NCBI GenBank assembly: GCA_947459415.1
Contig: CANHDN010000002.1
Location: forward strand, 163-64,162
Length of the DNA: 64,000 nucleotides
Source of the DNA: Bacteroidota bacterium
Lineage (GTDB): Bacteria; Bacteroidota; Bacteroidia; UKL13-3
Direction of reading: 5' to 3'
The notes below the pieces were generated by a model. It made no database searches, had not been told where the DNA came from, and worked only from the letters and a program-made list of their open reading frames with translations. The stretch's first letter is position 1. Every line of letters begins with the position of its first letter. This document shows, one piece after another, positions 55,217-63,758 of the stretch. The position numbers and the translations under genes are program-made.

Positions 55217-56209
55217 TTACGTTAAAATCCAATCAAATTTATGCTCTACTTTTGGCATAGCTGCTCTCTCTGCAATGCGGGTTAAACGATCAGGCAATCC
55301 CATTAAGAAATCGCGCGCTTTTTCACCATTTTCTTGCAAGCCTCTTACATTTTCAATTTTCCATTCTTGAAGGCAAGTTTTCATGATCTCAATATAATCC
55401 ATGGCAGTATACACTCCCAAGCGAGTTGCAGCATCACTAAAATTAGCAAAGGTTGTAAGTGTTCCATTCAACTCTCGCATACATTGCGCAGGCATTACGA
55501 TTTTCTTACGCATCATATCTTCAAATGCCAATACCATTTCATTTGGATCTAATTCCATGATTCGATTCACAAAATTCATATAGGCACGTGCATGGCGGGC
55601 TTCGTCTGCAGATACCAAACCACAAATTTTTGAAAGAAGTGTATTTCCATCCTTTTTAGCTAAAGTAGCAACACGCCTATGGCTCACATTGGTTGCAAGT
55701 TCCTGGAAGCTCGTGTATACAAAATTTCTGTATGGATCATTTCCGGCTTGGTTATTAAAACCATCGGCAATTAAATATTGCGTGCTAGCTTCAAATGCCT
55801 TCATATTGATTCTACCACATAAATATAAGTACCTATTTAACACATCTCCATGCCTGTTTTCTTCTGCAGCCCAACTTCTCATCCACTTCATCCAACCGTT
55901 ATTATTTTGCTGATCTACACCAACTAAGCCAGCCAACCAACTTTCATAAGTTGGTAATGCCTCTTCTGTAATGGTATCTGCAACCAACACAACCATTAAA
56001 TCATATGAATGACTGCGCGCGTCTTCTTGAATTGATTTTAAGTCTGCAACAAAAGTGGCATCTGAAGTTAGAGGCAATAATTCTGATGCTTGCCAATTAG
56101 TTTCTACAGGTTTTAGATATTCTTTAGCCAGAGATTCTACATCTCTACCAATATAATCCATCACTTCTATTTTGCTCGGACTTATATTATTATTTGTCAT
56201 ATGGTTCAA
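55217..56209 (-). CDS. soluble acyl-ACP desaturase (di-iron, stearoyl-ACP desaturase family)
   Basis: The two E-x-x-H di-iron motifs appear in their typical context (AAEENRHGDVLNRYLYL and SADEARHARAY). The product is 330 aa. Confidence 0.8.
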   Translation of the reverse strand: MNHMTNNNISPSKIEVMDYIGRDVESLAKEYLKPVETNWQASELLPLTSDATFVADLKSIQEDARSHSYDLMVVLVADTITEEALPTYESWLAGLVGVDQQNNNGWMKWMRSWAAEENRHGDVLNRYLYLCGRINMKAFEASTQYLIADGFNNQAGNDPYRNFVYTSFQELATNVSHRRVATLAKKDGNTLLSKICGLVSADEARHARAYMNFVNRIMELDPNEMVLAFEDMMRKKIVMPAQCMRELNGTLTTFANFSDAATRLGVYTAMDYIEIMKTCLQEWKIENVRGLQENGEKARDFLMGLPDRLTRIAERAAMPKVEHKFDWILT

Positions 56210-56265
56210 AAGTACTAGAAATTTAATAATTCTTCACGTAATTTTACCGTATTCAAAATCTAAAA

Positions 56266-56937
56266 GTGTTGAAACCTCCATTTATTAATATTCATTCGCA
56301 CCGAAAACCAAGCCATGTCAATGAAATTTGTGTGCGAAATGCCTATTTACACGAGGTATCAAAAAAATTATTCCCTTATTATTTCAGCACAGGTTTACAT
56401 CCATGGCATGCAACAAAGTATGATAGGCAAACCATTATTCAAAAACTTGAGACAAACTGCAGTAACAAATTATGTCTTGCAATTGGAGAAATTGGATTAG
56501 ACAAAAATTATCCAAATTTGCCCGCTCAACTAGATGCATTTAAAATTCAAGTTGAATATGCACAAGCAGCTAAACTACCCATTATCATTCATGAGGTAAA
56601 ATCATTGCAATCTATCCAAGAAATACTGAAGAACTTCTGTGAACCTATTATTATGCATGGCTTTACTAAACACATTGAAGCTTGGGAACAACTCAATGTA
56701 AATAATAATACATATATTTCATTGGGCAAGCAATCTCTAAGGCCTGGTAAAAAACTAATAGAAACCATAGAAAAGATTCCGGGGAATCGCATGTTTTTAG
56801 AAACAGATCAATTAGCTATTTCCATAGAACAAATTTACCAACAGATAGCCATTATTCGGTCTGAACCAATAGCGCAAGTCCAATCACAAATTTGGCAGAA
56901 TTTTAAAGTAGTTTTTAAAGGTACTGAAGTTAATTAA
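56266..56937 (+). CDS. TatD family hydrolase (short form)
   Basis: The metal-ligand pattern is INIHSH...GEIGLD...IIHEV...HGF...ETD. The start codon is GTG. Confidence 0.65.
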   Translation: MLKPPFINIHSHRKPSHVNEICVRNAYLHEVSKKLFPYYFSTGLHPWHATKYDRQTIIQKLETNCSNKLCLAIGEIGLDKNYPNLPAQLDAFKIQVEYAQAAKLPIIIHEVKSLQSIQEILKNFCEPIIMHGFTKHIEAWEQLNVNNNTYISLGKQSLRPGKKLIETIEKIPGNRMFLETDQLAISIEQIYQQIAIIRSEPIAQVQSQIWQNFKVVFKGTEVN

Positions 56938-56955
56938 TGGAAGCGCCCACCGTGT

Positions 56956-57531
56956 TTAGTTCCACAAAAAATTTTCTGGAGCATTGGCCAAATAGGCGAA
57001 TTCTGGGCCCATATTTTTAACGGCAGCTGGCCAAATTTCTTCTAAATCTTGGCTCAAGGCAATCTTTGCATCTAACTTTCCTAACCACCAAGCTTTTTGT
57101 TCTATCTCATCCTCTAATTGACTAACACCCCAACCGCTATATCCAATAAAAAATTTAAAATCAGCTGTGCTTGCTACACCCGTTTTTATCAACTGGTCAA
57201 TCGCTTCTAACTCTCCCCCCCAAAACAATCCACCACCAATTTTAAAGGAATTAGGAATTTGACTACCAAAAGTATGGATAAAATGAAGTGAATTTTCTTC
57301 AACTGGACCACCATAAAAAATGGGGAAATTAACCTGAAGTAAACCAGGAATTATATCATCTGTAGTAAGGGACATCGGTTTATTCAAAACAAAACCGATG
57401 CTACCTGCATCTTCATGCTCACACAACAATATTACTGTTTTTCTAAAATTTGGGTCAGACAGAAATGGCTCACTAATGAGCAGCTGACCTGTTCCCGGTG
57501 TAAAATCATATTGTTTGTGCCAAATTTGCAT
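56956..57531 (-). CDS. YqgE/AlgH family protein (UPF0301)
   Basis: GQLLISEP.L.DPNF.KTVILLCEH...GS.GFVLNKP...GGPV...GYSGW...QLE.E are family hallmarks. Confidence 0.8.
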   Translation of the reverse strand: MQIWHKQYDFTPGTGQLLISEPFLSDPNFRKTVILLCEHEDAGSIGFVLNKPMSLTTDDIIPGLLQVNFPIFYGGPVEENSLHFIHTFGSQIPNSFKIGGGLFWGGELEAIDQLIKTGVASTADFKFFIGYSGWGVSQLEDEIEQKAWWLGKLDAKIALSQDLEEIWPAAVKNMGPEFAYLANAPENFLWN

Positions 57532-57627
57532 TTAAAAGCAAATAATATAAAATATTGAAAGGATTATCTACAAGTTATTCACGATAAAAAATGACCTGAA
57601 ATAGAAAAACTTATGTGTAAAGTATCA

Positions 57628-57635
57628 TACTTTTG
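57628..57635 (+). promoter_or_regulatory. candidate -7 promoter box for pdxH
   Basis: TACTTTTG is an exact match to TAnnTTTG and lies 22 nt before the ATG at 57658. This supports the shorter start. Confidence 0.4.
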
Positions 57636-57657
57636 TAAATCATTATACTTGGTAAAT

Positions 57658-58308
57658 ATGTTAAGCAACGAAATCATTGCGGCAATTAGAAAAGATTATA
57701 CTTTAAAAGAATTTGACGAAACTCATATTCTATCTAATCCCATGGAACAATTTAAACATTGGTTTAAAGAAGCAATTGATGCAGAGGTAAATGAACCCAA
57801 TGCCATGAGCTTAGCAACCATAAAGCATGATGGAAAACCTAGTATGCGAATTGTTTTATTGAAAGGAATTCAGGACAATGGATTTGTATTTTACACCAAT
57901 TACAATAGCAATAAGGGCAAGCAAATGAATGAAAACAAGCAGGCAGCGCTCTTATTTTTTTGGCCAGAATTACAAAGACAGGTGCGCATTGAAGGTACAG
58001 TAAGTAAAATTTCAGAAAAAGAATCAGATGCCTATTTTGCTTCTCGCCCCACGGAAAGTCAGATTGGTGCGCATGCATCTCCTCAAAGTGAACCAATTTC
58101 TGGTAGAGAGGTATTAGAACAAAATTTCGAAAAATTCAAAATCTTATTTGAAAGTACGCCGATTGTTAGGCCGATTCACTGGGGAGGATATATCATTGAG
58201 CCACAATCAATTGAATTTTGGCAAGGTAGAGCAAGTAGACTTCACGACAGGTTTTTATTTAGTAAAACAAATACCTTAGATTGGACTCATACCCGCCTAG
58301 CTCCCTAA
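57658..58308 (+). CDS. pdxH: pyridoxamine 5'-phosphate oxidase
   Basis: P..QF..WF.EA...EPNAM.LAT...G.PS.R.VLLKG....GFVFYTNY.S.KG...RIEG...WGGY...P..IEFWQGR.SRLHDR is the PdxH pattern. I place the start at MLSNEI. Confidence 0.9.
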   Translation: MLSNEIIAAIRKDYTLKEFDETHILSNPMEQFKHWFKEAIDAEVNEPNAMSLATIKHDGKPSMRIVLLKGIQDNGFVFYTNYNSNKGKQMNENKQAALLFFWPELQRQVRIEGTVSKISEKESDAYFASRPTESQIGAHASPQSEPISGREVLEQNFEKFKILFESTPIVRPIHWGGYIIEPQSIEFWQGRASRLHDRFLFSKTNTLDWTHTRLAP

Positions 58309-58493
58309 TTAATATAATTTTTTTTTATACAAATTGTTGCTTTTAACACTTATTTAACTATTTTGCTTTAAGAAGTTGCTAGCCATTAATACCTTAGCCT
58401 TGAACATTTTTATTAATAGTTAGCGAATTTAAACCCAGTAAAACTCATCCAAATACTCTTAACCGTGCTTGTTAGTTATTTGCCCATTGCTCC

Positions 58494-58523
58494 AACAAAA
58501 GCCAATAGCCAAAAGCCAAAAGC
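58494..58523 (+). repeat. copy 4 of the 30-nt heptad-periodic element (in the leader of the GT4 gene)
   Basis: The plus strand reads AACAAAAGCCAATAGCCAAAAGCCAAAAGC. The element ends 9 nt before the ATG at 58533. Confidence 0.7.
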
Positions 58524-58532
58524 AATTTTGAA

Positions 58533-59654
58533 ATGATTACAATAATTTTAGCAACTGCAACTGCATTTTTAGCATCAATATTTGCAATACCGTCTATTAT
58601 TACGGTAGCTAAATTAAAAAATTTATACGATAAACCAGAAGAGCGCAAAATTCACACCCTAAAAATTCCAAGATTGGGTGGAATGGCCATTTTTATCTCA
58701 TTTACTTTTGCCATTTTATTGTTTGGTGACTTTTCAAATATTCCTGGTTCAAAATATATCGGGGCAGCCTTAATCATGTTGCTCGTTAGTGGATTAAAAG
58801 ATGATATCATCATTCTTTCTCCCATGAAAAAGTTATATACCCAGTTATTAGCTGCTGGTTTAGTTACCAGTCTAACAGAAATCAGAATTAATGATTTTCA
58901 TGGAGTATTTGGAATTCATGAAATACCATTTATTGCAAGCATTGCCTTGTCTATGTTTATGATTATTGTAATTACCAATTCAATTAATCTGATAGATGGC
59001 GTAGATGGATTAGCTGGGAGTTTAACCTGCATTATGAGTCTTACCTTTTCATTTCTTTTTTATAGACAAGGAGAAATAGAATGGACATTAATAACACTTG
59101 CTTTAGCAGGTTCTATTATGGGATTTTTATTTTTTAATTTCAGTCCAGCTAAAATATTCATGGGCGATGCGGGTTCCTTAACCATAGGTTTTTTGCTTTC
59201 CTTGTTTGCCATACATTACATAGAATCTAATTCACCTACCAATTACATGATTGCACACACGCAATCAGCACCAGGAATTGCCTTAGCTGTATTAATTGTG
59301 CCACTCTATGATACCCTGCGCGTTTTTGTTCTGCGTGCCATAAACAAAACCTCTCCTTTTAAAGCAGACAAAAACCACCTACACCATTGGCTCATTAAAA
59401 ACGGACAAAGTCATAACCAAGTAACGCTCATTTTAAGCATGGTTAACATTGTATTTATTCTTATTGCATGGGCTTTGCAAGACAATGCTGCATCTATCGT
59501 GATGCTAGTAATAGGTTCTTTGGCGTTAATTGTGGGTCAATTACCTATTTATTTTTATAGACATAAAATTTCAGACATTGAAGCAGATCAAGATGTGCAA
59601 GAGCAAATAGATTTAAGTTTACAGTCTGATTTTAAATCGAGCAAAAAAGTTTAA
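58533..59654 (+). CDS. glycosyltransferase family 4 polyprenyl-phosphate sugar-1-phosphate transferase (WecA/MraY-like)
   Basis: The product has about 10 TM helices and the motifs NSINLIDGVDGLAG and MGDAGSL. Confidence 0.8.
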   Translation: MITIILATATAFLASIFAIPSIITVAKLKNLYDKPEERKIHTLKIPRLGGMAIFISFTFAILLFGDFSNIPGSKYIGAALIMLLVSGLKDDIIILSPMKKLYTQLLAAGLVTSLTEIRINDFHGVFGIHEIPFIASIALSMFMIIVITNSINLIDGVDGLAGSLTCIMSLTFSFLFYRQGEIEWTLITLALAGSIMGFLFFNFSPAKIFMGDAGSLTIGFLLSLFAIHYIESNSPTNYMIAHTQSAPGIALAVLIVPLYDTLRVFVLRAINKTSPFKADKNHLHHWLIKNGQSHNQVTLILSMVNIVFILIAWALQDNAASIVMLVIGSLALIVGQLPIYFYRHKISDIEADQDVQEQIDLSLQSDFKSSKKV

Positions 59655-60235
59655 TTCCGTTTTTCTGTTAAAAACTCAAGCATCTTCTGAAAGGCTATCG
59701 CCCTGTGACTCATTGCATTTTTTTCTTGCAAACTCATTTGCGCTAAGGTTCTGTCTGAACCTAAAGGAATAAAAATGGGGTCGTAACCAAATCCTTCTGA
59801 ACCTATGGCCTCTGTTGCAATGGTCCCTTTGAGTTCTCCCTTGAAACAATAGGATTGACCCTCAAAAATTAAATGAATAATACTTACAAAGCTTGCATTT
59901 CTATCAGTAATTTCGCTTAATGCATGTAATAACTTGTTATTATTTTGTTGCGCATCTTTTTCTGGACCTGCATATCTTGCTGTATGCACTCCTGGTGCGC
60001 CATTCAGTGCCTGAACCAATAAACCTGTATCATCTGCAAAACAATTAAATGAAGTAGCAGCAAAAATTGCATGCGCTTTGATAGAAGCATTTTCCTCTAA
60101 AGTATTTCCAGACTCTATAATTTCATTTAAAAAACCAATATCATGGAGTGTTTTTACCTCAAACATTCCATTTAAAATGGCTGCAATTTCTTTGGCTTTG
60201 TTTGCATTGTGGGTGGCAAATACTAATGGAGTCAT
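59651..60235 (-). CDS. rdgB: non-canonical purine NTP pyrophosphatase (RdgB/HAM1)
   Basis: LVFATHNANKAKE...FADDTGL.V.AL.G.PGV..ARYAG...F.G...G.I......G..GFGYDPIF are RdgB hallmarks. I place the start at MTPLVF (60235); the alternative is 60256. Confidence 0.85.
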   Translation of the reverse strand: MTPLVFATHNANKAKEIAAILNGMFEVKTLHDIGFLNEIIESGNTLEENASIKAHAIFAATSFNCFADDTGLLVQALNGAPGVHTARYAGPEKDAQQNNNKLLHALSEITDRNASFVSIIHLIFEGQSYCFKGELKGTIATEAIGSEGFGYDPIFIPLGSDRTLAQMSLQEKNAMSHRAIAFQKMLEFLTEKRN

Positions 60236-60252
60236 TGGGCCTAATTTTAAAA

Positions 60253-60732
60253 TCAATTAAAGAACATTCGTTGAAGCGCAAGCCATAATTTTCCTTTAGA
60301 CTGCGCATCGGTTAAATAAGTAGAAAGCGAACTCGCTTGTAACAATTCAGCCCCATGTACATATACTTGTTTATGAGGTTCTATGTTTAATTGTTGCGCA
60401 CTCATCCAAGATTGACATCCCCAAACTATTACCTGGGCAGGTTGAAAAAAATCCCAAATACGCAGCAAACTTGCTTCCGGAAACTTTTGCACATTCAACA
60501 CCCACACATCGTCCATGTTTTTCCTAAGCCCCTTATCAACAATTGTTTGCAAAAGCTGCATTTCACTTTCAGGCAAAAAATCGTGGTCTGGAGAATCTAC
60601 CATGAGTAAAAGTTTTTGAAGTCCTGAACCTAAAGGGTGGTATTCTATGGAAAAATCTCTTTCTTTGACCACGAAAATTTCGTCGAATAAAGGAAGGATA
60701 AAATCGTCTGCTATTTGAAAATCATTATTCAT
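60253..60732 (-). CDS. hypothetical protein (about 160 aa)
   Basis: The ORF is in a gene-dense context and I recognise no family. I place the start at MNNDFQ (60732) to avoid overlapping the divergent ilvE start. Confidence 0.5.
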   Translation of the reverse strand: MNNDFQIADDFILPLFDEIFVVKERDFSIEYHPLGSGLQKLLLMVDSPDHDFLPESEMQLLQTIVDKGLRKNMDDVWVLNVQKFPEASLLRIWDFFQPAQVIVWGCQSWMSAQQLNIEPHKQVYVHGAELLQASSLSTYLTDAQSKGKLWLALQRMFFN

Positions 60733-60737
60733 ATACC

Positions 60738-61799
60738 ATGGCAATTTCAATAAAAATTAGCAAAACTCCGCAATCAAGAATTCATTTATGTGATTTTGAA
60801 AACATTGAATTTGGAAAAATATTTTCAGATCATATGTTTCGGGTAGATTATACCGATGGAAAATGGCAAAATCCTGAAATTTTACCTTACGGACCTATTA
60901 GCATTGCTCCTTCTTTATCTGCTATTCATTACGGACAATCTATTTTTGAAGGCATGAAAGCGTTCAAAAATGAAGCTGGAGATGCTTTATTATTTAGACC
61001 ATTAGATAACGCAAAAAGGCTAAATATTTCTGCCATACGAATGGGTATGCCAGAAATTCCTGAAGAATTGTACATGGCAGGTTTAACAGAACTCATTCAA
61101 TTAGATAAAGACTGGATACCAACCAAAGAGGGAAGCGCCTTATACATAAGGCCATTTATGTTTGCTACTGATGATTTTGTTGGGGTAAGGCCAAGTATGA
61201 ATTATAGTTTCATCATTTTCTGTTGCCCGGTAAATAGCTATTATCCTAAACCTATCAAGGTAAAAATTGAGGAGAACTATGTGAGAGCCAGCAATGGCAT
61301 GGCCGGTTTCGCAAAAGCTGCAGGTAATTATGGTATTAGCATGTTACCATCCTTTGAAGCCAAAAAAGATGGGTATGATCAATTAATTTGGACAGATGGC
61401 ATCAACCACGAATATGTGGAAGAATCTGGCACTACCAATTTGTTTTTTGTAGTTGATGATAATAGGGTGTTAACTCCCAAATTAGATGGTAATATTTTAA
61501 ATGGAATAACACGTGATACCTGCATAACCTTATTAAAGGAAAAAGGGTATATTGTTGAGGAGAGAAAAATTGCCATCAAAGAAATTATAGATTGGAGTAA
61601 AGCAGGCAGACTGAGTGATTGTTTTGGAACTGGAACCGCAGCCATTATTGCTAAAATTGCAGCAATTGGGTACCAAGGAACAGATTATGTGCTTCCAGAT
61701 GCTGAACAGAGAGAAGTATCAAACTATTTATACAAAACAATTTACGCCATACAAAGTGGAAGAATAAAGGAAAATCATCAGTGGAGCATACAGCTTTAA
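60738..61799 (+). CDS. ilvE: branched-chain amino acid aminotransferase
   Basis: FG.IFSDHMF...YGQSIFEGMKAF...RP..N..R...S..R...P...YIRP...AK..GNY are class IV aminotransferase hallmarks. The product is 353 aa. Confidence 0.9.
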   Translation: MAISIKISKTPQSRIHLCDFENIEFGKIFSDHMFRVDYTDGKWQNPEILPYGPISIAPSLSAIHYGQSIFEGMKAFKNEAGDALLFRPLDNAKRLNISAIRMGMPEIPEELYMAGLTELIQLDKDWIPTKEGSALYIRPFMFATDDFVGVRPSMNYSFIIFCCPVNSYYPKPIKVKIEENYVRASNGMAGFAKAAGNYGISMLPSFEAKKDGYDQLIWTDGINHEYVEESGTTNLFFVVDDNRVLTPKLDGNILNGITRDTCITLLKEKGYIVEERKIAIKEIIDWSKAGRLSDCFGTGTAAIIAKIAAIGYQGTDYVLPDAEQREVSNYLYKTIYAIQSGRIKENHQWSIQL

Positions 61800-62969
61800 T
61801 TAAGCCCTTTTCGCACGTTCCCAATTTGCACTTTGTTTGCCGCGTATGAATCTAATAAAACCCAGATACATACATAGGTTCATGATAAAAAAATAATACG
61901 GAACAAAGAGCATTTTAACTTTAAACCTGCTATTATTTAAATACCAACCTAGCAAGGCAAGCGCATAAAATACAATTTGTGCAAGCATAAGGAAAAAGTA
62001 TATTTCACCTGTTTGTAAACACAAAGAAATATTAGTTAAAAAAACAACTAATAAGGATAAGGGAGCAAGGGTCCAACGGAGCGCCTTATGCGAAATAAAC
62101 AAAAAACTTACCCGAAAATTCGCAATGAGATTAAATGATTTTGGCAATCTTGCCATACTTTGAAATGCGCCAGCAGCAATTCTAATCTTTCTCTTTAATT
62201 CTTCACCCACATTAGCACTCGCAGTTTCCGAAGCCCAAGCTTTATTTTCATAAACAACCCTAAAACCCATATTGGCAATTTGCATACTTTGCATAAAATC
62301 ATCTAGCAGGGTATCTGTAGGAAGTTCTTGATATAATTCGGTTCTATAACTCATTAATTCACCGGCAGCGCCAACTATGGTATGAAAATCTGAATCTAAT
62401 TTTTTTAAAAAATTTTCATACTTCCAATAAATACCCTCTCCTGCTCCACTTGCATTTTCTTTATCTTTAGTAATAATTCTTTTTTCTCCTGTAACGGCTC
62501 CTACCTTTGGGTCTACATAGTGTTTTACCAGCTCTTTAAGTGCTTCAGCATTTAAGTGGGTATTGGCATCGCAAAATACAACAATTGGCGAAGTAACATA
62601 CTTCATGGCCCTATTCATTGCTGCTGCCTTTCCATTCCTTGCAGATTCATGCAAACCTACTATTTCTGGATACTTTAAAACTTTTTGTTGGGTAGTATCG
62701 GTAGAGCCATCACTAATAAATATTAATTGTAATTTATCTTTAGGGTAGTCTAATGCCAAACTATTTACAATTTTATCTTCTATGTAATCTGCTTCATTAA
62801 AACAGGGCACAACTAAGCTTACATGAGGCAAAAAAGTACTATCAAAACTAGGTTCAATCCTAAAAATATTTTTAAACTTTACAATAAACCACAATAGTAT
62901 TCCATAGCCTAAATAACTATAAAAAACAATTCCAATACCTGTCCAAAATATAATTTCTATTAAACTCAT
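61800..62969 (-). CDS. membrane-embedded glycosyltransferase family 2 (processive synthase-like)
   Basis: An N-terminal TM helix is followed by a GT-A core (VSLVVPCFNE, SDGSTD, VVFCDAN, GAAGELMSYR). Then come an interfacial helix with ISHKALRW and three C-terminal TM helices. Confidence 0.75.
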   Translation of the reverse strand: MSLIEIIFWTGIGIVFYSYLGYGILLWFIVKFKNIFRIEPSFDSTFLPHVSLVVPCFNEADYIEDKIVNSLALDYPKDKLQLIFISDGSTDTTQQKVLKYPEIVGLHESARNGKAAAMNRAMKYVTSPIVVFCDANTHLNAEALKELVKHYVDPKVGAVTGEKRIITKDKENASGAGEGIYWKYENFLKKLDSDFHTIVGAAGELMSYRTELYQELPTDTLLDDFMQSMQIANMGFRVVYENKAWASETASANVGEELKRKIRIAAGAFQSMARLPKSFNLIANFRVSFLFISHKALRWTLAPLSLLVVFLTNISLCLQTGEIYFFLMLAQIVFYALALLGWYLNNSRFKVKMLFVPYYFFIMNLCMYLGFIRFIRGKQSANWERAKRA

Positions 62970-62975
62970 CTATTT

Positions 62976-63740
62976 TTAACTTTTAGTCCATGAAGTATAA
63001 AAACCACAGGTAAATTGTTTAGGTAAATAATTAGCTATGTAGCAATCTAGCTGCTGTAAAAACTTAAACCTTCTAGTTAGTAATGAAAAAGGAAAAATTC
63101 GCTCTAAAAAATCTGAACTTTGATACCCTACTAATTTAAAACCAGCACTGTTGATCAATTTATGAAACGCTGTAAAACTAAAAAATTGCAGGTGAGTTAA
63201 ATCTTCATTAGAAGATTGAATGGTTTTAGCGTTGTAACCCAATATTCTTTTAATAGATAATATAGCTTTATCAAATCCCTTTCTGCTCAGAAATTGAACA
63301 GACCTGGTAATTAACAACTCTCGAGGTCCATAACCATTTGGGACAGTGGCTATAAAAATGCCTCCTGGTTTCAAAATCTTATATATTTGCTCTGTTAATT
63401 CCTTTGGTTTTGTAAGGTGCTCCAACACCTCACTGCATACAATGGCGTCAAAAGCATCATGCACATCAAAAGAATTTGCATCTAAGACCTGAAAGCTTAC
63501 CGTAGAAAACACATTTCTACTTTTTGCCATCTCAATACTTACCTGATCTATATCAATTCCAATTACTTCAAAGCCAAGAGAGCCAAGAGCTAAACTAATA
63601 TTACCATTGCCACAGCCTATATCAAGAATTTTAATAGAAGTGGATTGTAAACGCTTCACTGAATTCACTATAAAATGAAGTCGTTTGATATCTTCTATGT
63701 CAGAATAATTGGTATAATTAACGTACTCTTGATTTTTCAT
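62976..63740 (-). CDS. class I SAM-dependent methyltransferase
   Basis: Motif I (ILDIGCGNGNISL) and a downstream acidic loop (GIDID) are present, along with post-I/II motifs. Confidence 0.8.
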   Translation of the reverse strand: MKNQEYVNYTNYSDIEDIKRLHFIVNSVKRLQSTSIKILDIGCGNGNISLALGSLGFEVIGIDIDQVSIEMAKSRNVFSTVSFQVLDANSFDVHDAFDAIVCSEVLEHLTKPKELTEQIYKILKPGGIFIATVPNGYGPRELLITRSVQFLSRKGFDKAILSIKRILGYNAKTIQSSNEDLTHLQFFSFTAFHKLINSAGFKLVGYQSSDFLERIFPFSLLTRRFKFLQQLDCYIANYLPKQFTCGFYTSWTKS

Positions 63741-63758
63741 ATCATGTATTCAGATAAT

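Noticed and set aside
22666-58523. I considered whether the heptad-periodic elements could be a degenerate CRISPR array or minisatellite.
   Set aside because: The units are 7 bp with no spacers, each block is only 30 nt, and the copies are dispersed rather than arrayed. No cas genes are present, so this is not CRISPR.
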